Below are positions 19,103-28,651 of a stretch of DNA of 64,000 nt, in pieces (position 1 is the stretch's first letter; each line of letters starts with the position of its first letter). The translations under genes and the position numbers were made by a program. Below the pieces are notes generated by a model that searched no databases, had not been told where the DNA came from, and was given only the letters and a program-made list of their open reading frames with translations. This DNA is from a virus: positions 16,461-80,460 of the IMG/VR virus record IMGVR_UViG_3300041409_000599. The stretch is one strand, 5' to 3'.

Positions 19103-20411
19103 TCTTTATCTTCTGCCCTTTCACCGTCACGATATCGCCCTTCTGCCGGCCAGTCTGCGTATTCGAGGTCTGACGCTGCGCTGCTTCGCCCTGTAGCTTC
19201 CCGCCTTTGCGGTGAGAGAGAATGTCATCACGCACCTGATCGCGTTCGCCTTGAGCATCAGCCAGTTGCTTGTCGATGCCATTCGTATCCTGCTTGAACA
19301 GCACCGCATCGCGCCGCGCTCCCATCAGCGAATCGATCTTCTTGTCATTCAACTTCGTGCGGTTCTTAAAGTCTCGCTGCTCCGCCGGCGAGAGTCCATT
19401 TAGTTCCTGATTGTTCTCGTCCTTCCCGCCGCTCTTGCGATGCATGTAGTTGAACATCGCCCGCGCGTTCGGATCGCCCAGCAGCGCGCCCTCTTCCGCC
19501 GTCTTCGGCGTGTACGGCACCATCTGCCCGCCCTTGGTCTTCACCATCAATTCCACTTTGCCGGTTGCGGGATTCTTCTGCAGTGACGGCCGCGCGTTCT
19601 GTGCCGGAGTGTTCTGGTCCTCCTGCGCTTTCCGTGTCTCTTCCGCGCGATCGTGCTTTGCTTTTTCCTCCGCCAGTGACGACCGGGCGCTTGCGGTTTC
19701 CTGCTGCGCTGCCGCCGTCTCTCCCCGCGCTGCGCCGATCTGCTGGTCGTACGCCTGCTTGTTGGCCGATTCAAACAGCTTGCGGTTTTCCTCGCCCAGG
19801 TCTTTCTGCTGCTTGATCTGGGTATCGAGGTTTTCCACGTTGCCCTGGCGCTGTGCCTCATCCTGTGAGTAGCGTGAGTTCGTCGCTCCGGGTCCGACGT
19901 TGGCCACCACGCCATGTCCCGACAATCCCGAGCCAAAGTTCGCCAGCGTCCCCGCAATCCTCGCGCCGATACCCATTCGATACTTGGGATCCATCTTCCC
20001 GCCGGCATCACGGATCGGTATCGGCGAGCCAATCTGCGCGCGCTTCTGCATCAGCTCGCCATAGGTCTGCTGCGGCGATGGCGGCGCCGGGGGATACTGC
20101 CGGGTAGTCGAACTGAGATCAAGCGGCGTGCCGCCATTGGGATTCGCGCTGCCCGGAACCGTTGGCGCTGGCGCGCCATCTCCGGAACTGGCAATGCGCT
20201 GGCCCAGGCTTGGACGTGGCTGCTGCTCGGGCTGCGCCGGCGCTTGCGGCGCGGCTGCTGGCTCAGGCTGCTGCGGAGGCTGTGGAATTTCCTGTGCGCG
20301 TTCGCCGGTCGATTCCATCTCGTCGGCGCGCCCCGGCACCTTCACCTTGAAGCCGCCTACATCCTGGTATTTATGCTCGTTTTCTTCTTCTGGTTGCTCA
20401 ATATCAAACAC
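19053..20411 (-). CDS. Putative ejection/internal virion protein
   Basis: Low-complexity and coiled-coil sequence; position. Confidence 0.65.
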   Translation of the reverse strand: MFDIEQPEEENEHKYQDVGGFKVKVPGRADEMESTGERAQEIPQPPQQPEPAAAPQAPAQPEQQPRPSLGQRIASSGDGAPAPTVPGSANPNGGTPLDLSSTTRQYPPAPPSPQQTYGELMQKRAQIGSPIPIRDAGGKMDPKYRMGIGARIAGTLANFGSGLSGHGVVANVGPGATNSRYSQDEAQRQGNVENLDTQIKQQKDLGEENRKLFESANKQAYDQQIGAARGETAAAQQETASARSSLAEEKAKHDRAEETRKAQEDQNTPAQNARPSLQKNPATGKVELMVKTKGGQMVPYTPKTAEEGALLGDPNARAMFNYMHRKSGGKDENNQELNGLSPAEQRDFKNRTKLNDKKIDSLMGARRDAVLFKQDTNGIDKQLADAQGERDQVRDDILSHRKGGKLQGEAAQRQTSNTQTGRQKGDIVTVKGQKIKITKILPGGKYEGSPAP

Positions 20412-20421
20412 AGTTGATCTC

Positions 20422-21375
20422 CTATGCCATTACCCAGATGCCGTCTGCCATGTAGATATGAGAACCGCCAAGCTTCAGCGGGTAAACCACCTGCGCGCCA
20501 ATATCTTCCACCGATGTGACGATGTCGGTATCGCTTTCAGCCAATACAACCTGCCCGGCCAACTCCGGCATGAATCCGTAGCCACCGATGGCCAGCGCCA
20601 CGGTGTGCGTCTCGCTTCCGCGATGCCTGCGCCCACCCTCGGTTGCCATCGCAAACGATCTGGCCACGGTCGACAGCGGAGTCTCAAGCACCGGATTCGG
20701 CGGCGCCGACGTGCTGAGCGCCCACACATAATCGCCTTTGCGGACTTCTTCAATCGGCTTGTCTGAGCCGTCTGCCATGCGGATCATCGAGCCCGCGCAT
20801 GGGCAGAAGCCCGCCGCGGCCGTACCTGCGCCCTGCGCGATCGCCGGAGCCAGCGTGTCCCAGAATCCCGGCGTTCTCGCCGCGCCCGCCGCATTGCCCA
20901 GCGCTCCATTCGCTCCGCTGATCCCAGTGCCATACAAGCTTGCCTGAATCTCTGCCGGTACCTTCGAAGCGTCCACGCCGTACTGCTCCACTGCTGAAAG
21001 ATTTCTCAGGCGTTCGGCATTCGACGTTGCCATCTCATTCACCACGTCACGCTGCCGCGCCCTGCTGTCTTCCCCTGCTGCCGTCGCGTAGCCGGACGTA
21101 TTCTCGCCCGTCCGCATCGACCGCAAGGCCAGATCGCCCTCCAGAGCCGTATGTCCCGCACTTGCTGCTGTATTGGCCAACGTGTTCTGTGTGGTCTGGT
21201 AATCGCCACCCTCGCCGTAGGTCTTGCGGCCAAAGTTCATGAACCGGCCCAGATTGGCCTTGTAATCGCCAATCGACGCATTGGTGTCACTGAGCGATTT
21301 CTGCGCGTTGGCCTGGTCCTGCGATGATTGCTGCGTGCCCTGGTTTACGACCTGCTTTGATTCAGTGCGGCCCAT
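20422..21375 (-). CDS. Putative ejection (pilot) protein with C-terminal Hint domain
   Basis: G/A-rich N-terminus; FCPCAGSMIRMADGSDKPIEEVRKGD..HIYMADGI. Confidence 0.8.
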   Translation of the reverse strand: MGRTESKQVVNQGTQQSSQDQANAQKSLSDTNASIGDYKANLGRFMNFGRKTYGEGGDYQTTQNTLANTAASAGHTALEGDLALRSMRTGENTSGYATAAGEDSRARQRDVVNEMATSNAERLRNLSAVEQYGVDASKVPAEIQASLYGTGISGANGALGNAAGAARTPGFWDTLAPAIAQGAGTAAAGFCPCAGSMIRMADGSDKPIEEVRKGDYVWALSTSAPPNPVLETPLSTVARSFAMATEGGRRHRGSETHTVALAIGGYGFMPELAGQVVLAESDTDIVTSVEDIGAQVVYPLKLGGSHIYMADGIWVMA

Positions 21376-21846
21376 CTAGTCCCCCAACTCGCTGAAATCA
21401 ATTCCCACCGGCGTCAGGCTCTTCCATACCCTGATATGCGGATATCGCTTCAGGAACCGCGTCATGGCCACGGCAAACCGCTGTGGCACCAGTCCCCAGC
21501 CGCTGCGAAATCCGCGCGACTTTGCCCATTGCGCTTCGTGCGTCAACTCCGTGCCCAGCGATTCCATCACCGCTTTCGATCCGGTAATGATCGCCACTTC
21601 GGCCACCACTTCGGTGTACCTGAAGCCGCTGATCACTCCGTCCTCTTCCGCCACGGCCACGCGAATCACCGGCGGACAGTACGGCGCGAACGCCTGGCTG
21701 TCTTCCTCTTCACAGAACAGTTTTGGCCGGTCAACCTTTACGTCAGTGCCAGCAAAGCGCTTTTCCTGCTCATCCCACAATTCCATGATGCGCGGCAAAT
21801 CTTCCGCCACCGCCGGACGCCAGACTATTTCGGTCCGCATCCGCAA
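21376..21846 (-). CDS. GNAT-like phage protein
   Basis: WRPAVAEDLPRI, VAEEDGVISG, AKSRGF. Confidence 0.55.
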   Translation of the reverse strand: MRMRTEIVWRPAVAEDLPRIMELWDEQEKRFAGTDVKVDRPKLFCEEEDSQAFAPYCPPVIRVAVAEEDGVISGFRYTEVVAEVAIITGSKAVMESLGTELTHEAQWAKSRGFRSGWGLVPQRFAVAMTRFLKRYPHIRVWKSLTPVGIDFSELGD

Positions 21847-22181
21847 TCCTTTTCGTCGACGCTCGCCGCCGCTGCCGCCTTGCCCAGATTCTCAGGATGG
21901 TCCGGATGCGCCAGCACCGCCGGATGCTGCGCGTGTCCGCTCTCTAGGCAATGCGCCAGAAACGCCAGTTCGCGCTCACGCATCATGTGGCGTATGTTTT
22001 CAAGCTTCTGGCCGGCATCGTACGGGACAATCCTGACCTTGCCCAAAGGGAAAGGCTTTGCCGGATCCTCCACCGCTGTATGCGTCGGGTGTACGACCGT
22101 TTGCGCGTGCCCGAAATCGTCCCAGAGTTCCACGGTGACGGAATGCGTTTTCGGGTCAAGCGTGTTCTTTTCGTGGATCAT
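21825..22181 (-). CDS. Hypothetical protein
   Basis: ORF coupled to neighbours. Confidence 0.6.
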   Translation of the reverse strand: MIHEKNTLDPKTHSVTVELWDDFGHAQTVVHPTHTAVEDPAKPFPLGKVRIVPYDAGQKLENIRHMMRERELAFLAHCLESGHAQHPAVLAHPDHPENLGKAAAAASVDEKDCGCGPK

Positions 22182-23107
22182 AGCTGTGGCAGCTTCCTTG
22201 ATCCGCTCCCCGGAGCCCCGCCGCCGGCGGTCGTGCCGCCGCCACCAGGTATGCCGCCGGTGCCGTCAGCCTTCACCGTATGCGTGGTCGCGATATAAAA
22301 CAGAGCGTCCGCAATCGTCTTCAGGTATTGCGTTGCCGTGGGGAACGCCTGCATCAGATTCACGGTCGACCACACCACGGCATAGTCGGTGTCCTGCGCC
22401 GCACCCAGGATGATTGCGCCAGCGGTAGAAATCGCGTTGCCCTGGCCGTCAAAGCGGCTGAAGGCGCTGCCGACGCCGCCCGCGCCATAAACGCGAATAT
22501 CATCCGTGCCGCCATCCACTACCGAATCCACCGTCGCATTGTTGGTGCTGTTCAACGGCGACCGCGGCGCGATGGAAGGCGACCGCATAAACCCGCTCTG
22601 CACGCCTACCGGCCCGCAGGTCTGTGCCGACGAAAAAATCTGCCAGTCATTGAAGTTCTGTCCATCGAACGAACTGCGCACCCGGAAAAAGCGGGTCTCG
22701 TTGGGCCGCTGGTCCTGGCCAAAAACATCCGGGGTAATCCCGTAGTCCAGCAGGCTCGAAGAATTATTGAAATTGCTGTCCGTCGCCGATTGCACATTGT
22801 GGAGAATCACCGCGCCGTTGAGGTTCATGCCCTGGGCGAGCTGGGCGCGCATCTGCGCTACCGACTGCGGATTCACGTTCTGCGGGTTGGTGATGATCCA
22901 GCGGAATTTACCGTCAATGCCTATCACGCTCAACGCACACGCCGGCGGCGGCGCTGTCTGCGTCGGCTGCTGGTTCGGATCATCCACGAAGCGCGGAACC
23001 TTGCCGCCACCGTTGACCGCGATGGAGTCCAGATGCTGGTCCAGGGCGATAACAAACTGCTGCTGCTGGCCGGTGAACGCGCCGACATAGCTTCTCAGTC
23101 CGCTCAT
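22178..23107 (-). CDS. Tail-associated structural protein
   Basis: Beta-rich/FN3-like composition; ATGA coupling. Confidence 0.65.
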   Translation of the reverse strand: MSGLRSYVGAFTGQQQQFVIALDQHLDSIAVNGGGKVPRFVDDPNQQPTQTAPPPACALSVIGIDGKFRWIITNPQNVNPQSVAQMRAQLAQGMNLNGAVILHNVQSATDSNFNNSSSLLDYGITPDVFGQDQRPNETRFFRVRSSFDGQNFNDWQIFSSAQTCGPVGVQSGFMRSPSIAPRSPLNSTNNATVDSVVDGGTDDIRVYGAGGVGSAFSRFDGQGNAISTAGAIILGAAQDTDYAVVWSTVNLMQAFPTATQYLKTIADALFYIATTHTVKADGTGGIPGGGGTTAGGGAPGSGSRKLPQL

Positions 23108-25773
23108 CCGTGCCTCGCCGCGGACGTAACACGCGCATAGATAGCAGCCCACTTCAGATCAAACCACACGTCTTTCTGGTTGCCATTGCTCACGCGCAGA
23201 CGGTACTTCTCATAATTCCCGCGCGCGCCGCAGGCGTAGGGAATTCCGGCAATCAGTGGTTTCTTGAGCGCTATCACCTGCCGCCGGTCAGCGCTTGGGC
23301 CGTCCGATGGGTCCTTCGCGCGCATGGCCAGCACTTCCGCGCGATTCACGCCCTGGCCGTCCACGTTGGCCTGTACGCCACCCAGTTGCGATGGCTTCAG
23401 GAACTCTTCCGGGCAGACCGTCTCAAAGACTGAATTGATGGGCATGCCGTTGTCGTTGAACACAAACGGCACGCTCGCGCTCACTACGCCGTCAGGATTC
23501 GATGAACCAAAAAGAATCTGGCTCTGCGTCGTCGCCAGGTCCATGTCCGGAGGCGGATTCACCAGCTTGCGTTCCGCCCGGATACAGACATTCGCCGCAA
23601 TGTCGTCAATCGACCACTTGTAGCATGTGCCGGCTGCAATCTCTTTGCCGATATAAGGCGAGAAGTGGATGGGCCTGCCGAAGTCCGGCGACTCTTCATA
23701 ATTACACTTCAGCACCAGGCTGGGCTCGGTCACGTTCGGCCCGTAAGGAACGCCGACGCGAATCTCGCGCGTCTCGTCGTCGATCATGATCCAGATGGTG
23801 TGCTTCGCCGCCCAGTTTACTTTTGTCCACGTGATGGGAAGTTCCAGGCTGATGAGCAGCGGGTCGCCGCCTTTGTAGATCCACACTCCGGAGCGATGCA
23901 CGTACGCCATGAACGTGGTACAGACATCCACCGCGCGGAAGCCGCATGGCCCGGAGCCGCTCCACTGCTTCACCGGCAGCCAGTCCGCAGGATTGTCAGC
24001 CGACGGGCTCACCAGCCAGCCCGAATCTTCCTTCATGGCATAAGTGTTGGTCTTGTAATCGCGGATGGCCACGCGGTTGAAGCCATTGTCCTGCGCTACC
24101 TGCATGATGCTGGTGTCGCCGTAGATCGACTCGGGATCGTCCAGCAATGAAACATACCAGCCGCTTTTGAGCGTGTCGGCCGCGTAGAACATGCGCTTCA
24201 GGTTGGCCGAGTAGTACACGTCGGCCGCGCTCGGGACCTGAATCTTGCGGAAGTAGGAAGACACGTCATTCAGCGTGAGCTTCAGATAGTCGTCGGTGAA
24301 ATTGAATGTCGCCGAGGTTGTGGTGTTGTCATTGATCAGCGTCGATGTCATCGCAATGCCGTTCACCACTTCCGCCACGGTCACGCCGGCGGCAATCGTC
24401 GAAAGATCAAAGATGCCGTTGGGGAAGTTGGGCGAGATCCAGAAATACGGTCCTGCGCTCGATATCCCATTGCCCGCCGCGGAACTCAACTGGCCCGCCG
24501 GAGTCAGCGCCACAATGCGCGCCGCGGTGCTGGGACTGGGAAAGGTTGGCAGATGGGCCATGTAGAGTTGCAGGCCATCGCCCGGACTCGAAGCCGGGTT
24601 GTAGCTGACGATCGCGGCCTGCGCCACTCCGGTAATGTAGCCATTGCGATTCACGCCCAGCACCAGGGCATAGCGCAAGCCGGAACAGATGTTGCCCACC
24701 GGTACGATGCGCGAGTTATCCACCTGCGGGACAACCGCTCCGGTGGCGGTCGTCGTGACGGTAAGGTTTGCCCCAATGGCGGTGAGACCGCCAAAGGCCT
24801 TGAACGCCGTAGGCAGTGGCGCCGCGTTGCCGTGGGCCACGTCCGCCTCGTAAACGCTGTAGCCTGTCACCGCATTCGCGCCGGCAAGCTGCTGCACCCA
24901 TGTTGGCAGTACCGGCGAGACAACGGTAAAACCGTCATTCAGCGTTGTGTTCAGGAAGATGAAGATGGTCGATAGAGCAGATTCTCCGTTGCCATTCGTA
25001 AGCGTGACTACGATGTAAACGTCGCGGGCGGCGGCGAATGTCCCCGCAGCTCCAACGCGATTCACCGTCGGCGCAGTTTGCAGCAGAAGCTGAAGCGTCT
25101 GCGCCATTACCGGAGTGGTCTCGGTCCAGGTAATCCCGTTGTCAGCGATCGTGCCGCCTTCGGTCACGGGAAAGACAGGTTGCGCGGCGCCACTGGTTCC
25201 AGCCACGGTGCAGCGGTAGATGTGGCTATTGCCGCCCACCGGAGTCGAAGGCGTGACCGTGTCGCCCACCTGGTACACCGTGTTGGCAGACCACGGAACC
25301 CCGGTCGGCTTGGCTGACAGCGGATCAAGGTTGAGTGTCTGAAGATTCAGAACGGCCGGCGCGGCCTGCGTGCTCAGCAGGTCGGTGAAAGCCAGATACG
25401 CCTTCTTGTACGCCGCTGCTGCCTGCAGGCTGAATTGCGGAAGCGTGACCTGGGCGCTGGTGATTGGCACCAGCACCCCACTGCCCACCGGGGATTCCAC
25501 TTTCAGATTGCCGCCCTGGTCGTAGACGAGCGGTATCTGGGTATCGGGATTCCCGCCCAGCTTCAAGGATGCAAGGCCGGTGATCTGCTTCAGGTTGCCG
25601 GTGGAAAAGCCCCAGTCTGAGCGTATGCCGTCGCGCGTGCGGACAGACGTCAGATGGTACTTTACGTTCCGGGCAACCGCAGCCACACCCAGCGGCAGGG
25701 CAGTAGGATCGTCTTGTTCTACAAGGCTTGAGAAGCGAGTGATCGCTTCTTCTTGCCAGTCAGTAAAGTTCAT
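23104..25773 (-). CDS. Tail nozzle/tubular protein B-like with CBM- and Ig-like insertions
   Basis: Size and position after the adaptor; WSANTVYQVGD CBM-like motif. Confidence 0.7.
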   Translation of the reverse strand: MNFTDWQEEAITRFSSLVEQDDPTALPLGVAAVARNVKYHLTSVRTRDGIRSDWGFSTGNLKQITGLASLKLGGNPDTQIPLVYDQGGNLKVESPVGSGVLVPITSAQVTLPQFSLQAAAAYKKAYLAFTDLLSTQAAPAVLNLQTLNLDPLSAKPTGVPWSANTVYQVGDTVTPSTPVGGNSHIYRCTVAGTSGAAQPVFPVTEGGTIADNGITWTETTPVMAQTLQLLLQTAPTVNRVGAAGTFAAARDVYIVVTLTNGNGESALSTIFIFLNTTLNDGFTVVSPVLPTWVQQLAGANAVTGYSVYEADVAHGNAAPLPTAFKAFGGLTAIGANLTVTTTATGAVVPQVDNSRIVPVGNICSGLRYALVLGVNRNGYITGVAQAAIVSYNPASSPGDGLQLYMAHLPTFPSPSTAARIVALTPAGQLSSAAGNGISSAGPYFWISPNFPNGIFDLSTIAAGVTVAEVVNGIAMTSTLINDNTTTSATFNFTDDYLKLTLNDVSSYFRKIQVPSAADVYYSANLKRMFYAADTLKSGWYVSLLDDPESIYGDTSIMQVAQDNGFNRVAIRDYKTNTYAMKEDSGWLVSPSADNPADWLPVKQWSGSGPCGFRAVDVCTTFMAYVHRSGVWIYKGGDPLLISLELPITWTKVNWAAKHTIWIMIDDETREIRVGVPYGPNVTEPSLVLKCNYEESPDFGRPIHFSPYIGKEIAAGTCYKWSIDDIAANVCIRAERKLVNPPPDMDLATTQSQILFGSSNPDGVVSASVPFVFNDNGMPINSVFETVCPEEFLKPSQLGGVQANVDGQGVNRAEVLAMRAKDPSDGPSADRRQVIALKKPLIAGIPYACGARGNYEKYRLRVSNGNQKDVWFDLKWAAIYARVTSAARHG

Positions 25774-25781
25774 CGACTGGG

Positions 25782-26162
25782 TTAGTCTTCTACCCGGCCA
25801 ATAGCCTCAACGTAGGTGTCAATATCGGCGGTAACGCCGCCAGCGTACGCGCCCGCGGCCAACTCGGTGCCGGGTGTCGTGCCGAAGAATTTCAATATCG
25901 GATGCAGGTTGTCGGCGCCCTGGATGATCTCCACGCCGAAACCACCGAAGCCATTGAGCGGATAGACGCGGGTCGGCCCGTCCTTTCCCCACAGCGCCTG
26001 CGCCACGTTCTTGGGGTTGGTGGCGCCATTCAGGTTGAGAACCTCGCCGGTAGCAGAGAGACGCACGGCCTGAACGTAGGCGCCGGAGAGGGTGACCTTG
26101 TAGCGGATAAGCCTCACCCGCCCATCTGTGTAGGAATCATCAATTTGCAATGTATTTGGCAT
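25782..26162 (-). CDS. Virion structural protein
   Basis: SD AAGGAG; composition. Confidence 0.6.
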   Translation of the reverse strand: MPNTLQIDDSYTDGRVRLIRYKVTLSGAYVQAVRLSATGEVLNLNGATNPKNVAQALWGKDGPTRVYPLNGFGGFGVEIIQGADNLHPILKFFGTTPGTELAAGAYAGGVTADIDTYVEAIGRVED

Positions 26163-26209
26163 CTGCTGTGCTCCTTGAAGGATTTTGAAATTGGTTTTAA
26201 GGACTGGTC

Positions 26210-26908
26210 TTACGGACGAGGTAGAGTGAAGCCGCTTCCGGTCTCTCTGCGTGACATTCTGCCCACGCGCCTGTTCTTCGAAAGATTCGCCTTGGTCAGC
26301 GCGATGTTGAGGTCATCGAATGTTTCCTTCTCTTCCTCCTCGTAATCGACGACAAGCTGTCTGCGTCCGCGCGCCTTGGCCACCGCTCGAACCATCAAAT
26401 ATGAGAGAACTGGGTTAGCGGTAATCTCAATCTCGATCGGTGAATTGCCGTCGGTCAGCGGGTCAAAGAGGAAGTCCCCGGTGACTCGCAGATCAAGCGC
26501 GGTCGAAAACCTGCTCACCTGCAGCTTGCGCCGGATCCACGCCCATGCGCTGAGTTGCGGAATTCCGGCAACAATATCCGGCAGCTTGTCCAGCGGCCCG
26601 GAGGCTTCAAGATAATTCGAAGCATCCTGTCCCGGCAGCTTCCACTCCACCATGCGCGGCTGCACCATCAGGGCCAGCACTGCGCCAGGAGCCTGATACA
26701 CGCCAAGATCAGGTATGCCGGCCGCCACCGCAGGCAGCTCAATCGTGACTTGGTCAAAGTTGTGGCCGTTGGCGCGCAGCTTGTTGTAGAGCCGGTCATA
26801 CTGGTTTTGCGCGAAGCCGGTAATGTAGTCCGGATCGCCGTCGCCCGTACCTTCCGGGTCATCCAGCATGAACTGCACGCGGCTGATGATGTCGCTAAGA
26901 AGTGCCAT
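26210..26908 (-). CDS. Head-tail adaptor/tail tubular protein A-like
   Basis: LSDIISRVQFMLDD N-terminal helix; size and position. Confidence 0.65.
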   Translation of the reverse strand: MALLSDIISRVQFMLDDPEGTGDGDPDYITGFAQNQYDRLYNKLRANGHNFDQVTIELPAVAAGIPDLGVYQAPGAVLALMVQPRMVEWKLPGQDASNYLEASGPLDKLPDIVAGIPQLSAWAWIRRKLQVSRFSTALDLRVTGDFLFDPLTDGNSPIEIEITANPVLSYLMVRAVAKARGRRQLVVDYEEEEKETFDDLNIALTKANLSKNRRVGRMSRRETGSGFTLPRP

Positions 26909-27308
26909 TGGCGGTAGCTTCAATTCTCTCGAATCGCGAATATCCTTCGATGGTGTGCTTGCGTTGCTCTGTGGGCGGCAGCTTTAAGAATGGAGAGCCG
27001 GGCAGAGGATCATGAATTGGCACTCCGTCGTGCATCACGAGTGCGTGAAGGATGCCCGGGGCAAGTAAAACGTGAGCCACCGAATAGCCCTTTGGCCACG
27101 GCCCCCAGTTTTGCTCATCGTAGGTCGTACATGTCCACTCATATCCAATCGAAGCAAAGAATTTATGCCAGCGTTGCCGCCACTCTTCCTCGTCTGGAAT
27201 AGCTGGGTCAATGTCAGGTATTTCTTCCAGTTCCAGCACGGACGCAACGCAAGCGCCGAAGCAGTTCCCAGTGGGTACACCGAACGTTGTCTGAAATACG
27301 TTTTTCAT
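26895..27308 (-). CDS. Papain-like (C39-like) small protein
   Basis: GNCFGACVASVL..HALV..HDP putative Cys-His-Asp triad. Confidence 0.55.
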   Translation of the reverse strand: MKNVFQTTFGVPTGNCFGACVASVLELEEIPDIDPAIPDEEEWRQRWHKFFASIGYEWTCTTYDEQNWGPWPKGYSVAHVLLAPGILHALVMHDGVPIHDPLPGSPFLKLPPTEQRKHTIEGYSRFERIEATANGTS

Positions 27309-27311
27309 AAG

Positions 27312-27347
27312 AAAATTAAAAGAGGCGCGGTTTCCGGCCGCGCCTCT
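27312..27347 (-). terminator. Rho-independent terminator
   Basis: AGAGGCGCGG/CCGCGCCTCT stem followed by TTTAATTTT. Confidence 0.75.
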
Positions 27348-27371
27348 CTGTCGTTCACCTGCGAAACGAAG

Positions 27372-28514
27372 TTATTTCTTCGTCTCAGTCTTTCCACCAG
27401 CAGGTTTCTTGGCTTTGCCGCGTTCGGCTTTCTGCTTCTCGCGCTCTTCATAAATTGCTTCGGCTTCGGCGTACTCATCTGAAGTCAGCGCGTCGAACTT
27501 GGCATGTCCCCACTCGATCGCGTAATCCTTAAACGCTTCCAGGGCATTCAGGATGCTGTTGCAGCTCAGGCACTTGTATGCGCCCTTGCGCCGCGGCGTT
27601 CCGCAGGCCTTGCAGTTGTCCTGTTCCAGCCCTTCGTCCGAGCGGTCGCCCGGGTTCCAATCCGGAAGCTTTGCAATCAGCCCTTCGGACAGCAGCACTT
27701 CTGAGATCAGCATGTGCTTGGGCGTGACCAGAAACTTTCCTTTGCCGCCGGGCAGGTTGTAATCCCGGTAAGCCCGCCGATACTTGTCCAGATAAATGCG
27801 GTTGCGCACCTGCCGCGCTTCCTCAATCAACTCGGACAGCTTGCGTTTGATCGGCACGGCAATCATCGCCGCTTCTTCCTGGTCTTCCGCGTTAAAGACC
27901 ACGCCCGGAACTTCGCGTGTCTGCACGCGGCCAATCGGATCGTAGACCTCAACTTCGCCCATCTTGTCAGGATGGCCATCCCCTTCGTAGACAATCACGC
28001 CGCCGCCATCGTTGTGCTGATCGGAAAACTCGCGCACAAACTGCGCCGCCAGGGTGATTGGCAGAATCTCCATAAACTTCTGCGTTCCGTCCTCGTTGTA
28101 TTCCCAGTCCATGCGATAGCCACGAATGTGGTGGTACGCGAAGGGCATTCCGGGATGGCAGGCCGGAATCTGGATGCCGCGCAGCAGCCTGATACCGGAG
28201 GGAAACATTAGGTCCCAGGGATGCAGATTGATGACCGTGGCCGCTTTCGCCGGCGTTGACCGCATGCGCGCGCGCAAATCGTTCAGGCTGTTTTGTGACT
28301 TGTCGTCCAGACGGTTGGCGCTCTTGCGCTGCTCGGCTGTCTTCGCGCTGATCAATGCATCCAGCATCGGATTGGCCTTGGCAAACTCTTCCGCCGCCTT
28401 CGATGTCTGCTGCGCCGCGGGTGACAGACGCACCGCGCCACCCTGATAGGGAATCACGCGATCGGTGGAGGGCAGTGGACCGCCCGGCATAGGTAATGAT
28501 GTTTCTTCAGACAT
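27372..28514 (-). CDS. Hypothetical protein with C-terminal Zn ribbon
   Basis: CKAC..CLSC; SD AAGGAG. Confidence 0.7.
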   Translation of the reverse strand: MSEETSLPMPGGPLPSTDRVIPYQGGAVRLSPAAQQTSKAAEEFAKANPMLDALISAKTAEQRKSANRLDDKSQNSLNDLRARMRSTPAKAATVINLHPWDLMFPSGIRLLRGIQIPACHPGMPFAYHHIRGYRMDWEYNEDGTQKFMEILPITLAAQFVREFSDQHNDGGGVIVYEGDGHPDKMGEVEVYDPIGRVQTREVPGVVFNAEDQEEAAMIAVPIKRKLSELIEEARQVRNRIYLDKYRRAYRDYNLPGGKGKFLVTPKHMLISEVLLSEGLIAKLPDWNPGDRSDEGLEQDNCKACGTPRRKGAYKCLSCNSILNALEAFKDYAIEWGHAKFDALTSDEYAEAEAIYEEREKQKAERGKAKKPAGGKTETKK

Positions 28515-28525
28515 AGGTTCTCCTT

Positions 28526-28583
28526 GCCGCGCTCAGGCGGCGTTCGTGGTTATAGGTTTTCCATTGCCCGGCGCTTAGACCGG
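28526..28583 (-). promoter_or_regulatory. Tandem CTAAGC/CTGAGC-loop hairpins before the RBS
   Basis: CCGGT-CTAAGC-GCCGG, then GCCGC-CTGAGC-GCGGC-AAGGAG. Confidence 0.6.
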
Positions 28584-28651
28584 ATTGTGGATTTGGGTGC
28601 TCGAATTTTTACAGGTGGTTAAAAATTTTACGGGGTGTAAATAATTTCGCG

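Noticed and set aside
21436-23140. Long + strand ORFs (325 and 286 aa) and similar antisense ORFs across 11-36 kb
   Set aside because: GC-rich shadow frames of well-supported minus-strand genes, with no motifs
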